A DNA stretch of 29,660 nucleotides from a bacterium (GCA_044868695.1 JBIOWP010000040.1:1-29660); one strand, 5' to 3'; counted from the stretch's first letter, positions 16,871 to 26,584 are shown. Made by a program: numbers and translations. The notes: generated by a model not told the origin, from the sequence alone.

Positions 16871-18421
16871 GTGATCCGATTTCGGATGCGCCGTTTGCTC
16901 GTCGTGGGTGTCGCGTGTGCGCTGGGTGCCGCGCTGCCGGGATGGGCGGCGCCGGGAGGTGGAGTGCTGCGGATCGGCATCGACGTTGACGCCGGCACGC
17001 TGGACCCGCGGCTGGCGAACGATACCACGGCGCGGCGGGTGATCGAGCAGGTCTATGACGGCCTGATCGAACTCGACCCCCAGCTGCAGCCCCGCCCCGC
17101 GTTGGCAGAATCCTGGACGCAGACCTCGCCCACGGTCTGGGTCTTCAAGCTGCGGAGGAACGTGCGCTTCCACGACGGCAGCCCGCTCACCGCCGCGGAC
17201 GTCGTGTTCACGTACACCACCCTGCTCGACCCGGCGCTGCGGGCACCGCTGCGCGGACTCTACACGCCGATCAGCAAGGTCGAGGCGGTGGACGACGAAA
17301 CGGTCCGCTTCACCCTGAGCGCGCCGTACGCGCCGCTGCTCAAGTACGCCGACATGGCGATCGTCTCGAAGGCCGCCGTCGAGCGGCTGGGCGCCGACGC
17401 CGCCTCACGCCCGGTGGGCACCGGAGCCTACAAGTTCGTATCCTGGCAGCGCAACAGCCGGATCGCGCTGGAGGCGAACCCCGCTTACTGGAAGGGCCAG
17501 CCGAAGCTGAACCAAGTCGTCTTCAATATCATCCCCGACAACACCACCCGTGCGGCAGCGCTGGAATCCGGCGACGTGGACCTGATCCACTCGCCGCTGT
17601 CGCCGCAGGACGTCGCGCGGCTGAAAACGGTCCCGCGTGTCAGCGTGTCGGAGATGACCGGCCTGGGCATCACCTACCTCAACATGAACATGGCCGACCC
17701 GACCGTGCGGGACGTGCGGATCCGACGCGCGATCGCCTCGCTCATCCCGCAGCAGACAATTGTCCGACAGATCTACCGCGAGATGGACCGGCCTGCCACG
17801 TCGATCCTCCTGCCCGCGTGGTCTGGGGTCTATACGAGCGAGATCGCCCAGCCGGGGCATGACATCACGCGCGCGAAGGCGCTGCTCGCCGAGGCAGGGT
17901 GGACCGACAGCAACCGGGACGGCGTGCTGGACAAGGACGGGCAGCGGCTCTCGCTGGTCGTCCGCACGCACAGCGAGGATCCCAACCGCATCCAGATCGT
18001 CGAGCTGTTGATCAGCATCCTCCGCTCGTCGGGGATCGACGCGCGCGCGGAGATCACCGAGTTTCCCGCGCTGGTCGGGGCTCTTGTCTCGGGGAACTAC
18101 CAGGTGGTCCTGGTCGGCTGGCTGGGGCTGGTCGACCCCGACCGGGGCATGTACAACCAGTTCCACAGCAAGGGAAGCCAGAACTGGGAGAAGTACAGCA
18201 ACCCGCGGGTCGACGCGCTGCTCGATGAGGGGCGGCAGAAGGCCGACCCCGCCGAGCGGGCGCGGGTCTACCGCGAGGTGGCGCGCATCGTTGCAACCGA
18301 CCTGCCTTACTACGTGCTGACGTACCAGGGGTACATCGTGGGGGTGAACCGGCGGGTCCAGGGGTTCGTCCCCATCCCGAGCGGGAGCTTCCGGTCGCTG
18401 TGGACGACGAGCGTCCCGTAG
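16871..18421 (+). CDS. ABC substrate-binding protein, family 5
   Basis: Signal peptide, TLDPRL, VYDGL, LAESW, FKLRRNVRFHDG, PVGTGAYK; strong RBS. Confidence 0.95.
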   Translation: MIRFRMRRLLVVGVACALGAALPGWAAPGGGVLRIGIDVDAGTLDPRLANDTTARRVIEQVYDGLIELDPQLQPRPALAESWTQTSPTVWVFKLRRNVRFHDGSPLTAADVVFTYTTLLDPALRAPLRGLYTPISKVEAVDDETVRFTLSAPYAPLLKYADMAIVSKAAVERLGADAASRPVGTGAYKFVSWQRNSRIALEANPAYWKGQPKLNQVVFNIIPDNTTRAAALESGDVDLIHSPLSPQDVARLKTVPRVSVSEMTGLGITYLNMNMADPTVRDVRIRRAIASLIPQQTIVRQIYREMDRPATSILLPAWSGVYTSEIAQPGHDITRAKALLAEAGWTDSNRDGVLDKDGQRLSLVVRTHSEDPNRIQIVELLISILRSSGIDARAEITEFPALVGALVSGNYQVVLVGWLGLVDPDRGMYNQFHSKGSQNWEKYSNPRVDALLDEGRQKADPAERARVYREVARIVATDLPYYVLTYQGYIVGVNRRVQGFVPIPSGSFRSLWTTSVP

Positions 18422-18455
18422 GGAAGATCACCGGGGGCCGCGCCGCCCCTCACCG

Positions 18456-19427
18456 ATGGCCCGCTACGCCGCCCGCCGCCTGCTCCTGCTCGTTCCCGTT
18501 GTTCTGAGCGCGGCGGCGGTCGCGTTTGGACTCCTCCTGCTGCTGCCGGGAGATCCGGCGATCGCGTTGCTGGGGCAGGAGGCGTCGGGGCCGGAGCTGG
18601 AGCGCTTCCGCCACCTCCTTGGCCTGGACCGGCCGATCCCCGTGCAGTTCGGACTGTATCTGTGGCGCATCGCGCACGGCGACCTCGGGCGCTCCGTCAC
18701 GCTGGCGTCGCCGGTGCTCCGTCTCATCGCCGGCGCGCTACCGGCGACGCTGGAGCTCGCCATCGTGTCGATCGTCCTGGCGGTCCTCGCCGGCATCCCG
18801 CTGGGGCTGCTGGCGGCCCGGGCACGCGGGACCGTCGTCGACACCGGAACGATGCTCCTGGCGCAGCTCGGGGTCTCGATGCCTGTATTCTGGTTGGGCG
18901 TCCTCCTCATCTTGTTGTTCGCCGTCAGGCTCAACTGGCTGCCATCGTTCGGCCGCGGGGCGCCGCTGCTGTCCTCGGTGCTCGCCGGCGATGCCGGGGC
19001 GCTTCTGGACAGTCTCAGACACTTGATCCTGCCGGCCTTCACGCTGGCATTCTTCAATCTCGCCCTGCTGAGCCGCCTGACGCGCTGGGCGCTGCTCGAA
19101 GTCCTCGAGGAGGATTACGTGCGGACCGCGCGTGCGAAGGGCCAGACTGAACGCGTCGTGCACTACCGGCATGCGCTGCGCAACGCTCTTCTGCCGATCG
19201 TCACCATCATGGGCCTGCAGTTCGGCAACGCCCTCGGCGGGGCAGTCGTCACGGAGACGATCTACGGGTGGCCGGGGATGGGCCGGCTGGTGGTGCAGGC
19301 GATCGGGCAGCGCGACTTCCCCGTGGTGCAGGGCGCGGTCCTGATCGTCGCGATCCTCTTCTCGCTCGTCAACGTCCTGGTGGACCTGACGTATGCCGCG
19401 ATCGACCCGCGAATCCGATACCAGTAG
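18456..19427 (+). CDS. Peptide-type ABC permease (DppB/OppB family)
   Basis: LPGDPA, LGLDRPIPVQF, DYVRTARAKG, TETIYGWPGMG, IDPRIRY. Confidence 0.95.
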   Translation: MARYAARRLLLLVPVVLSAAAVAFGLLLLLPGDPAIALLGQEASGPELERFRHLLGLDRPIPVQFGLYLWRIAHGDLGRSVTLASPVLRLIAGALPATLELAIVSIVLAVLAGIPLGLLAARARGTVVDTGTMLLAQLGVSMPVFWLGVLLILLFAVRLNWLPSFGRGAPLLSSVLAGDAGALLDSLRHLILPAFTLAFFNLALLSRLTRWALLEVLEEDYVRTARAKGQTERVVHYRHALRNALLPIVTIMGLQFGNALGGAVVTETIYGWPGMGRLVVQAIGQRDFPVVQGAVLIVAILFSLVNVLVDLTYAAIDPRIRYQ

Positions 19428-20256
19428 CCGTGCCGCTCCGCGGCGCCGGCTGACCATCTCGGCGAGGACGGGGGTGGTCCTGCTGGCGGTCATCATGCTG
19501 GCCGCGGCCGTTCCGTCGATCTTCACCCGCGCGGACCCGGACGAGGTGGACATCATGGTCCGCCTGGCGCCGCCGTCGGGGGCGCACCCCATCGGCACCG
19601 ACCACATCGGGCGCGATCTGCTCAGCCGGCTGGTCCACGGAGCCCGCGTCTCTCTCCTGGTCGCCGCGGGCTCAGTCGGCGCCGCGGCGGCGATCGGCGT
19701 GTTCTTCGGGCTGCTGGCGGGGTACTACGGCCGGTGGGCCGACGGCACGATCATGCGGGTCGTCGACGTGTTCCTGGCATTTCCGGCGATCCTCCTGGCC
19801 CTCGCCCTGGTCGCGGTGCTGGGGGCGGGCGCCGGCAGCGTGATCGTGGCGCTCGCGCTCGTCTTCTGGACGCAGTATGCGCGGGTCGTCCGCGCCGTCA
19901 CCCTGGCCGAACGAGAACGCGCCTACGTGGAGGCCGCACGCGCGATCGGCGCCGGGGACGTGCGGATTTTGCTGCGCCACATCCTGCCGAACGTCATCTC
20001 GCCCGTCATTATCCTGGCCACGCTGGGCATGGGCACCGCGGTGGTCGCCGAGTCGACGCTGTCGTTTCTCGGGATGGGGGTACAGCCTCCGGCGCCGTCG
20101 TGGGGTTGGACGCTCGCGTTTGGGACGCGCTACCTGCGCGACGCGCCGCACATCGCCACGTTCTCCGGCGCGGCCATCATGCTGACGGTGCTGGGGTTCA
20201 ACCTGCTCGGGGATGGAATCCGCGACATGCTCGACCCGAAGTTCAGACCGCAGTGA
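19393..20256 (+). CDS. Peptide-type ABC permease (DppC/OppC family)
   Basis: HPIGTDHIGRDLLSRLVHGARVSL, YVEAARAIG, LSFLGMGVQPPAPSWG. Start uncertain; ATG 19393 overlaps the upstream gene by 35 nt. Confidence 0.93.
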   Translation: MPRSTRESDTSSRAAPRRRLTISARTGVVLLAVIMLAAAVPSIFTRADPDEVDIMVRLAPPSGAHPIGTDHIGRDLLSRLVHGARVSLLVAAGSVGAAAAIGVFFGLLAGYYGRWADGTIMRVVDVFLAFPAILLALALVAVLGAGAGSVIVALALVFWTQYARVVRAVTLAERERAYVEAARAIGAGDVRILLRHILPNVISPVIILATLGMGTAVVAESTLSFLGMGVQPPAPSWGWTLAFGTRYLRDAPHIATFSGAAIMLTVLGFNLLGDGIRDMLDPKFRPQ

Positions 20257-20279
20257 CATCTGGTCAAGGGAGGCACCTG

Positions 20280-21203
20280 ATGCCCACTCGCACCTACCGC
20301 CCCATTCACGTCGCCACACTCGCGTCCGGCATGGATCTCGTGCTGCCCATGCACGAGATCGCCGGAGACCGCCCCGGCCCCACCCTCGGGATTTCCGCCG
20401 GCATCCACGGCGAGGAGGCCGTGGGCGTCGAGATCGTCGTCCGGTTTCTGCAGACGTTCGACCTGAGCGGCCTGGTCGGCCGGCTGCTGGTGCTGCCGGT
20501 GGCCAACCCATTTTCCTACGCGGCGGTCACGCGGCACACGCTCATCGACGGCGGCAATCTCAACCGCGTGTTCCCGGGGAACCGCGAGGGCCAGCTGACC
20601 GACCAGCTGGCCTACACGATCAGCCAGGAGTTCCTCCGGACCATCGACTACTACGTGGACCTGCACGCCGGCGGCGCCTACCCCACCGTGGACTACGTCT
20701 ACATCCTGAACGCTGAGCCGCTGTCGCGGGCGTTTGGGTCGCCCCTACTGTACCGGGCCAAAGAAACGCTCGCCGGCACCTCGATCACCGTCACACGGGA
20801 ACGCGACATCCCCTCGGTCGTGGTCGAGCTGGGCGGGGGGGACGTCGACCAGACCCCGTACGTGGCGCGGGGCCTGCAGGGGCTGGCCAACGTCCTGCGC
20901 ACACTCAAGATGCTGCCGGGTGACCCGGTCCCTCCCCCGCCCCAGGTCGTGCTGACCGAAATCGCCACGCTGCGGCCGCACCACGGCGGGCTGCTGCTGC
21001 CGGAGGTCAGTGAGCTGGGGATCGAAGTGCGCGGCGGCCAGGTCCTCGGGCGGGTCGTGAGCCCGTACTCGCTGGCAGAGCTCGAAGTTCTCCGCTGCCC
21101 GTTCGACCGGGGCATCATGGTGTTGACCCACAGGACCGCGGATGTGGTGGAACCCGGCATCTACGCCTACATGGTCGGCAACCTCGACACCGCGCAGCAA
21201 TGA
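20280..21203 (+). CDS. Succinylglutamate desuccinylase/aspartoacylase (M14) family metallohydrolase
   Basis: AGIHGEE (HxxE), NLNRVFPG, VDLHAGG, VVELGG; GGGAGG RBS before ATG 20280. Confidence 0.93.
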   Translation: MPTRTYRPIHVATLASGMDLVLPMHEIAGDRPGPTLGISAGIHGEEAVGVEIVVRFLQTFDLSGLVGRLLVLPVANPFSYAAVTRHTLIDGGNLNRVFPGNREGQLTDQLAYTISQEFLRTIDYYVDLHAGGAYPTVDYVYILNAEPLSRAFGSPLLYRAKETLAGTSITVTRERDIPSVVVELGGGDVDQTPYVARGLQGLANVLRTLKMLPGDPVPPPPQVVLTEIATLRPHHGGLLLPEVSELGIEVRGGQVLGRVVSPYSLAELEVLRCPFDRGIMVLTHRTADVVEPGIYAYMVGNLDTAQQ

Positions 21204-21207
21204 CACA

Positions 21208-22269
21208 CTAGATCTGCACCTTCACCAGACTGGGATCGACCTTTCTTAGCAAGGTAAAGTCGGCGTACTCCTTCAGCTTCGGCCCTCGATCGATGTTCTT
21301 GAGTTCCAGGAGGAATGATGTGATCGTCTCGCTGCCCTTTACGAACGAACCGTCGGCGACCATGGAATAGGTATTCCGGTTCATCATGGCGCGTAGCTCT
21401 GACTTGGGAATGTTCAACGCCGGCGACAGAATGTCGATAGTCTCCTCCCGGTGGTCGTTGACGAACGCCGTCGCGGTCCGCAGCGCCCGCAGCATGCGCG
21501 TGATGGTCTCGGGATTCTTCTGGAGAAACTCGCGCGTCACTTGAAGCGTGGTATGGAAATCCATCCAGTCGACGCGGCCCTTCTTCTCGGGCAGGGCGGA
21601 GAGCTTGCCGCTGAACAGGAAGGTCCCTCCGGCGGCGATACCCTTGGTGACCCACGGTTCCCAGGCGCCCATGGCGTCGATCTCGCCGCGGGAGATTGCC
21701 GCGACTTGATCGGCGGGCGCCATGTTGATGAACCGGATCTTGTCGATGTCGACGCCAAGCTCTTTCGCCATGTTGCGGATCGCGATCAGGACGCCCGCGC
21801 CCCGCACCATGCCGATCCGTTTGCCTTCGAGATCCTTGGCGCTGCGCAGCACCAGCCCCTTGCGCCCGACCACGGCCTGCGTGCCGGCGATGTTCGCGAG
21901 GGGCGCCACGATGACGGCGGGGACGCCGCTGGCCTGCACGATGATGACGGTGATGTTGGTCTCAAAACTCACCGGCGCGCTGCCGCCGGCGATCAGCGGC
22001 CCGATGTCGGGGCCGGACTGCACGAGGCGGTTGTTCACGGTCAGCCCCTGCGCCGTGAAGTAGCCCTTCTTGTCGGCCACGATCTGCTGGGAGGAAATCT
22101 GCGCGTCGATCACGCCCCAGGCCGTCAGCTCCTTCAGCTCCGGCGCGGCGGCCAGGACCGACTGCAGGTGCGGCCACCGCCCGCCCCGGACATGGGGTAG
22201 ACCCAGCACGGTCGCTGCGCCGACCGCCGAAACATAGGCGAGAAATTCACGCCGTGACAGTTCGCTCAC
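21208..22269 (-). CDS. SsuA/TauA/NMT1-like ABC substrate-binding protein with Tat signal
   Basis: SRREFL twin-arginine motif, KKGYF, DLEGKRIG, GEIDAMGAWEPW; GGGAGG RBS. Confidence 0.92.
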   Translation of the reverse strand: MSELSRREFLAYVSAVGAATVLGLPHVRGGRWPHLQSVLAAAPELKELTAWGVIDAQISSQQIVADKKGYFTAQGLTVNNRLVQSGPDIGPLIAGGSAPVSFETNITVIIVQASGVPAVIVAPLANIAGTQAVVGRKGLVLRSAKDLEGKRIGMVRGAGVLIAIRNMAKELGVDIDKIRFINMAPADQVAAISRGEIDAMGAWEPWVTKGIAAGGTFLFSGKLSALPEKKGRVDWMDFHTTLQVTREFLQKNPETITRMLRALRTATAFVNDHREETIDILSPALNIPKSELRAMMNRNTYSMVADGSFVKGSETITSFLLELKNIDRGPKLKEYADFTLLRKVDPSLVKVQI

Positions 22270-22300
22270 TGCGCTGCCTCCCTACCGCACAGGATGTATG

Positions 22301-23131
22301 CTACCGTTCCAGCGCGTGCGCAAATCCCCCCTTTCGCCAGCGGAACAGCCTGGCCTCGATCTTCCCCAGCAGCAGGCTGAACAGCGTATACTCGACGCCG
22401 ATCAGCGCGGCGGCCAGGAACATGTTGGCCATCCGGAAGAAGTTGCGGGAGTCAATGATGAGGTAGCCCAACCCCGCGTCGGCGCCGATCATCTCCGCGA
22501 CCACCAGGGCGGAGAACGATAGCGCGAGGCTGACCCGCATGCCCACGAAGATATTTGGGAGCGCAGACTTGAGGACCACTCGGCGAAAGATGTGCATCTC
22601 CGACGCGCCCAGGCTGTAGGCCGACCGGATCAGCAGGGGGTTCACGCTCTTCACCCCATCGACCGTGTACGCGAGGATCGGCAGGAACGTGGCGTAGGCA
22701 ATAAACACCACCTTCGGCAGCTCGCCCACCCCAAACCAGATGATGAACATCGGCAGCAGCGCGAACGGCGGGATCGGCCCGATCAGGTCGAGCAGCGGCG
22801 CGGCGACGCTCTCCAAACGCCGCGAGCGGCCGACGAGGATGCCCAGGACCACCGCCACGGCACTGCCCAGGCTGAACCCGACCAGCAGCCGGCCCGCGCT
22901 CTGCAGAATGTGGACGTACAAGGCTCCCGTGCGGAGCAGCCCGCGGCCGGCTTCCACCACCATCGTCGGCGGGGGGAGGAACACGGGGTTGAACAGCTTG
23001 TGGGCCGCGTTGTAAACGCTGAGGAGCTGCCACAGCGCAAAGAAGGCGACGATCGTCATCCACCGGGTGTAGTCCAGCGTCAGCGGCCGTCCCCGGCGCA
23101 GCCACGGCTGGGCGACTTCTTGCATCGTCAT
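22301..23131 (-). CDS. SsuC/TauC-like ABC permease
   Basis: FLPPP, PIPPFALLP, WFGVGE, SAYSLGAS, VVAEMIGADAGLGYLI. Confidence 0.95.
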   Translation of the reverse strand: MTMQEVAQPWLRRGRPLTLDYTRWMTIVAFFALWQLLSVYNAAHKLFNPVFLPPPTMVVEAGRGLLRTGALYVHILQSAGRLLVGFSLGSAVAVVLGILVGRSRRLESVAAPLLDLIGPIPPFALLPMFIIWFGVGELPKVVFIAYATFLPILAYTVDGVKSVNPLLIRSAYSLGASEMHIFRRVVLKSALPNIFVGMRVSLALSFSALVVAEMIGADAGLGYLIIDSRNFFRMANMFLAAALIGVEYTLFSLLLGKIEARLFRWRKGGFAHALER

Positions 23132-23136
23132 CCCCC

Positions 23137-23904
23137 CTACTCTGCCGGCAGCACGGCCGACTCCACCCGCAGCATCTGCTCCAGCCTCTTCACGTGCCGG
23201 AGAAACTCCTGGGCGTGCGTGTCGCGTGGGCGCGGGAGGGCCACCGGCACCACGCCTTCCAGCGTGCCCTGCAGGTTCATCACGACGATGCGGTCCGACA
23301 ACGCCACGGCTTCGGGAATGCTGTGCGTGACAAACACCACCGTGGGGCGCACCTGCAGCCAGATCCGCAGCAGCTCCTGGCGCATCATCTCGCGGGTGAG
23401 CGCATCGAGCGCCCCGAAGGGTTCATCCATCAGCAGCACCGTGGGCTCATTCGCGAGCGCCCGCGCGATGCCGACCCGCTGCTTCATGCCGCCCGAGAGC
23501 GCGTCGGGGTAGGCCGACTCGAACCCGTCCAATCCCACCAGCGAGATGTACCGCTGGGCGAGGGTCAGGGCCGCGCCGCCGGCCACGCCGCGTACCTGCG
23601 GGCCGAAGGCCACGTTCTCCTGCACCGTGTACCACGGGAACAGCGCGTACTCTTGGAAGACGACTCCGCGGTCGGCGCCCGGGCCATCGACCGGGCGGCC
23701 GTCGAGGAGGATGCGCCCGCGGTCCGGTTTGATGTATCCGGCGATGAGATTCAACAGAGTGGATTTCCCGCACCCCGAATGACCCAGCAGGGAGATGAAT
23801 TCCCCCTGCGCCGCCTGCAGGGTCATACCGCGGAGCACAAACCGACGATGGGGCGCCGTGGGAGGATCAAAACTCTTGTGGACGTCCTCGATGACCAGCT
23901 TCAT
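23137..23904 (-). CDS. SsuB/TauB-like ABC ATP-binding protein
   Basis: Walker A GHSGCGKST, LSGGMKQRVG, Walker B LLMDEPFGALD, FVTHS. Confidence 0.97.
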   Translation of the reverse strand: MKLVIEDVHKSFDPPTAPHRRFVLRGMTLQAAQGEFISLLGHSGCGKSTLLNLIAGYIKPDRGRILLDGRPVDGPGADRGVVFQEYALFPWYTVQENVAFGPQVRGVAGGAALTLAQRYISLVGLDGFESAYPDALSGGMKQRVGIARALANEPTVLLMDEPFGALDALTREMMRQELLRIWLQVRPTVVFVTHSIPEAVALSDRIVVMNLQGTLEGVVPVALPRPRDTHAQEFLRHVKRLEQMLRVESAVLPAE

Positions 23905-23991
23905 CTGGGGCTGCGGGGCTGTTTGGACTGACTTGTACGCTGTCCTCGGGGGGCTTCCTGCTCACCGCACCGCAGTGTATGGTGTACTTGA

Positions 23992-24927
23992 ATGAGACGC
24001 GTCCGTCCGGCATGGACTCTTGGCATCCTGATCGCGGTCGCCGCGGGCGCGGCGCTGACGCCGGCGTCGGGCGCGTCCATCACCCGGACCATCGCCGCCG
24101 CAGGACGGCAGCGGACATTCGTCTTGCACGTCCCGCCGTCGCTGCGGACCGGCGTCGCGACCGCGCTGGTCTTCGTCCTGCATGGAGGCGGGGGCACCGG
24201 CGCGGGCATGGAGCGGATCACCGGCTTCAGCGCGGTGGCCGACCGGGCGCGATTCCTCGCCGTCTATCCCAACGCGGTCGACCGCAACTGGAACGACGGC
24301 CGGGGCGCGCCCGAGATTCGCGCGCAGCACGACGCGATCGACGACGTGGGGTTCATCTCCGCGGTGATCGCGCAGCTCTCGGAGGAGTACCGTATCGACC
24401 CAGGGCGGGTCTTCGCCTCCGGCATCTCCAACGGCGGGTTCATGTCGCAACTGCTCGCCGCCCGCCTCTCGAACCGCATCGCCGCCATCGCGGCCGTCTC
24501 CGCGGGCATGGGGCCGGCGGTGGCGGCCTCCCTGCGGCCGGAGCGTCCGGTCTCAGTCCTCGTGATCAATGGGACCGCCGATCCGCTCGTGCCGTTCGGC
24601 GGCGGGCCGGTCGCGGGATCGCGCGGGGAGACGATCAGCACCGGCGGGATCATCAGGAAGTGGGTGGAGGCCAACCGGTGCAGTGTGGACCCGGTAATCG
24701 TGCAGCTCCCCGACACCGATCCGGTGGACGGCACCCGGGTGAAGAAAACCGCCTACGCGTCGTGCGCGGAGAAGTCCGTCGTCGTGCTCTACACGATTGA
24801 AGGCGGCGGGCACACGTGGCCCAACGGCCGGCAGTACCTCCCCCGCGCCGTCGTCGGACGGGTCAGCAGAGACATCGACGCCAACCGGGTCATCTGGGAG
24901 TTCTTCGCAAACCACCCTCGCCCGTAG
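23992..24927 (+). CDS. Secreted PHB-depolymerase/LpqC-family alpha/beta-hydrolase
   Basis: Signal peptide, FVLHGGGG, DDVGFI, nucleophile elbow GISNGG, GTADPLVP, GGGHTWP. Confidence 0.92.
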   Translation: MRRVRPAWTLGILIAVAAGAALTPASGASITRTIAAAGRQRTFVLHVPPSLRTGVATALVFVLHGGGGTGAGMERITGFSAVADRARFLAVYPNAVDRNWNDGRGAPEIRAQHDAIDDVGFISAVIAQLSEEYRIDPGRVFASGISNGGFMSQLLAARLSNRIAAIAAVSAGMGPAVAASLRPERPVSVLVINGTADPLVPFGGGPVAGSRGETISTGGIIRKWVEANRCSVDPVIVQLPDTDPVDGTRVKKTAYASCAEKSVVVLYTIEGGGHTWPNGRQYLPRAVVGRVSRDIDANRVIWEFFANHPRP

Positions 24928-24934
24928 CGGTCGT

Positions 24935-25444
24935 CTATAGACCCGTGACTGCGAACCAGGCCTGCGTCGGGCTTGTGACAAAGACGATTGGCGCGAAGCA
25001 GGGACTGGGCAGGGTGAGCACGGCTTCGATCTCGGCGTCTCCGGTGACGGTCGCAGGGAAGAGACCGGTCGCGACGTTGGCCGTGGCCGGAGCGCCGTCG
25101 ACGGTCGTCATGCAGCTCACGATCGCGCGGAAGTTGGGGACCGGATTTGTCCCCACCGCCGCACCGGCGGCCAGCACCAACCCCTTGACCTTCACCTCAA
25201 GCGCTCCGTTCGCGCGCAGCTCTCCCCGGCCCTGATCAATCGCCCACGGCAGGCCTCCGCCGTTGACGCCCCGGATCGGATTCGCGGCGCCCACGAACGG
25301 ACCCGACACGCCGGCCATGGTCTTGAACTCCAGGGCGACCGCGTCCGAGCTCTGAGCCGCTCCGGCGCCCGTCAACAACAATCCCAGAACCAGGAGCCCT
25401 CCTGCCACTGCGATTGCTCTCATCAACGCACCCCGCTGCATCAT
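24935..25444 (-). CDS. Hypothetical secreted protein
   Basis: Signal-like segment LLVLGLLLTGAGAA; mature part with IRGVNGGGLPW, one Cys pair and C-terminal WFAVTG. Start at 25444 or 25423. Confidence 0.8.
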   Translation of the reverse strand: MMQRGALMRAIAVAGGLLVLGLLLTGAGAAQSSDAVALEFKTMAGVSGPFVGAANPIRGVNGGGLPWAIDQGRGELRANGALEVKVKGLVLAAGAAVGTNPVPNFRAIVSCMTTVDGAPATANVATGLFPATVTGDAEIEAVLTLPSPCFAPIVFVTSPTQAWFAVTGL

Positions 25445-25529
25445 GACATCATGCACATCCTTTGTAGCCTCTCCGCTGTCACGAAAGCGGGCAGGGTGTG
25501 TCACAAAAGGGTCACGCATCACAAAGAAA

Positions 25530-25562
25530 CAGGGACGTAGGCACTGAATCCCTACGTCCCTG
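25530..25562 (-). terminator. Intrinsic terminator of the SnoaL-like gene
   Basis: 12-bp stem CAGGGACGTAGG/CCTACGTCCCTG; followed on the minus strand by TTTCTTTGT. Confidence 0.8.
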
Positions 25563-25608
25563 CTGCCTTGCGCGGTGCGAGATCTGCCCGTGCCTGGTCT
25601 GACAACTC

Positions 25609-26049
25609 CTAGTTCGATGCCCCGACCAGCGCGGGTAGTGAGGGAGCCAGACCGAGCTGCTGCATCATGCCCAACTGATCGCCCAGACCCCAGTGCTCAA
25701 CGACCTTGCCGTTGACGATCCGCCCGATGTGGATCTCCGACCAGCTCGCCTGCTTGCCCGTGGCGGGAGCGCCCATGAACTCGCCCTTCTGCGTGCCCCG
25801 CGCGGTCAGACGGTGAACGAGCTTGTCTCCGACGACGATCTCGTCCTCGATCGTGTAGCGGAAGTCGGGGAAGGCGGCCCGGAATGTGGTGAGACCCTTC
25901 TTGAAGCCCTCCAGATCCGGGGTGCTGCCAGGAGCCGGATTCCGATCAACGTAACCCGGGGCGAACACGTCGTCAATCGCGGTCAGGTTCCCCGTGTTGA
26001 CGGCGTCGACAATGCGACGACCCAACGCCTTGCTCTCTTCCGGTGACAT
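25609..26049 (-). CDS. SnoaL-like ester cyclase (NTF2-like fold)
   Basis: AFPDFRYTIEDEIVVGDKL, GTQKGEFMGAPATGK, NGKVVEHW, MMQQLG; AAGGAG RBS. Confidence 0.93.
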   Translation of the reverse strand: MSPEESKALGRRIVDAVNTGNLTAIDDVFAPGYVDRNPAPGSTPDLEGFKKGLTTFRAAFPDFRYTIEDEIVVGDKLVHRLTARGTQKGEFMGAPATGKQASWSEIHIGRIVNGKVVEHWGLGDQLGMMQQLGLAPSLPALVGASN

Positions 26050-26251
26050 GCGGTGCTCCTTTGGAGATTGTCCTCACCCTCTATGCCGGTCGGACGGGGG
26101 TGGGCAACCATCCCGCGGCGATTCGCTTGTCCCGGTGGGCTCTGTGACTACTTGATTGTCTCCAGGGGGAGTGAACCGAAACGAATGGAAGCGTTCTTGC
26201 TACCGATCCAACTCTACGCGATCCAACTGCAGCATTCGCGCTACATTATGT

Positions 26252-26280
26252 ACAATAGCACCCGCGCTGTCAGGCGTCAA
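26252..26280 (-). promoter_or_regulatory. Putative sigma70 promoter upstream of the SnoaL-like gene
   Basis: Minus strand TTGACG-N17-TATTGT with extended -10 TGc. Confidence 0.6.
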
Positions 26281-26315
26281 TGAATATCATCTTGGGGGGG
26301 CGGCATGAAACTTCA

Positions 26316-26342
26316 CGGGCCGGGGCGTTGCGCCCCGGCCCG
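26316..26342 (-). terminator. Hairpin, likely terminator of the cold-shock gene
   Basis: 12-bp perfect stem CGGGCCGGGGCG/CGCCCCGGCCCG about 35 nt after the csp stop; weak U-tract. Confidence 0.6.
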
Positions 26343-26377
26343 CGTCATCTCACGTGGACAATGGTGTTAGTGAGGGT

Positions 26378-26584
26378 TTAGCCGATAGCTCGAACTCCGG
26401 ATGCCTGTGGACCCTTCTGGCCCTGCGTCACGGTGTACTCGACCTTCTGCCCCTCATTGAGGGATTTGTACCCTTCGCCCTCGATTCCGCTGTAGTGCAC
26501 GAACACGTCCTTCGTGCCGTCCTCGGGAGTGATGAACCCGTACCCCTTCTCACTGTTGAACCACTTCACTGTACCGGTTGCCAT
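26378..26584 (-). CDS. cspA: Cold-shock protein (CspA family), 68 aa
   Basis: [18 protein letters not shown] (RNP1), DVFVHYS (RNP2), KGPQA. Paralog name within the family is uncertain. Confidence 0.97.
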   Translation of the reverse strand: MATGTVKWFNSEKGYGFITPEDGTKDVFVHYSGIEGEGYKSLNEGQKVEYTVTQGQKGPQASGVRAIG

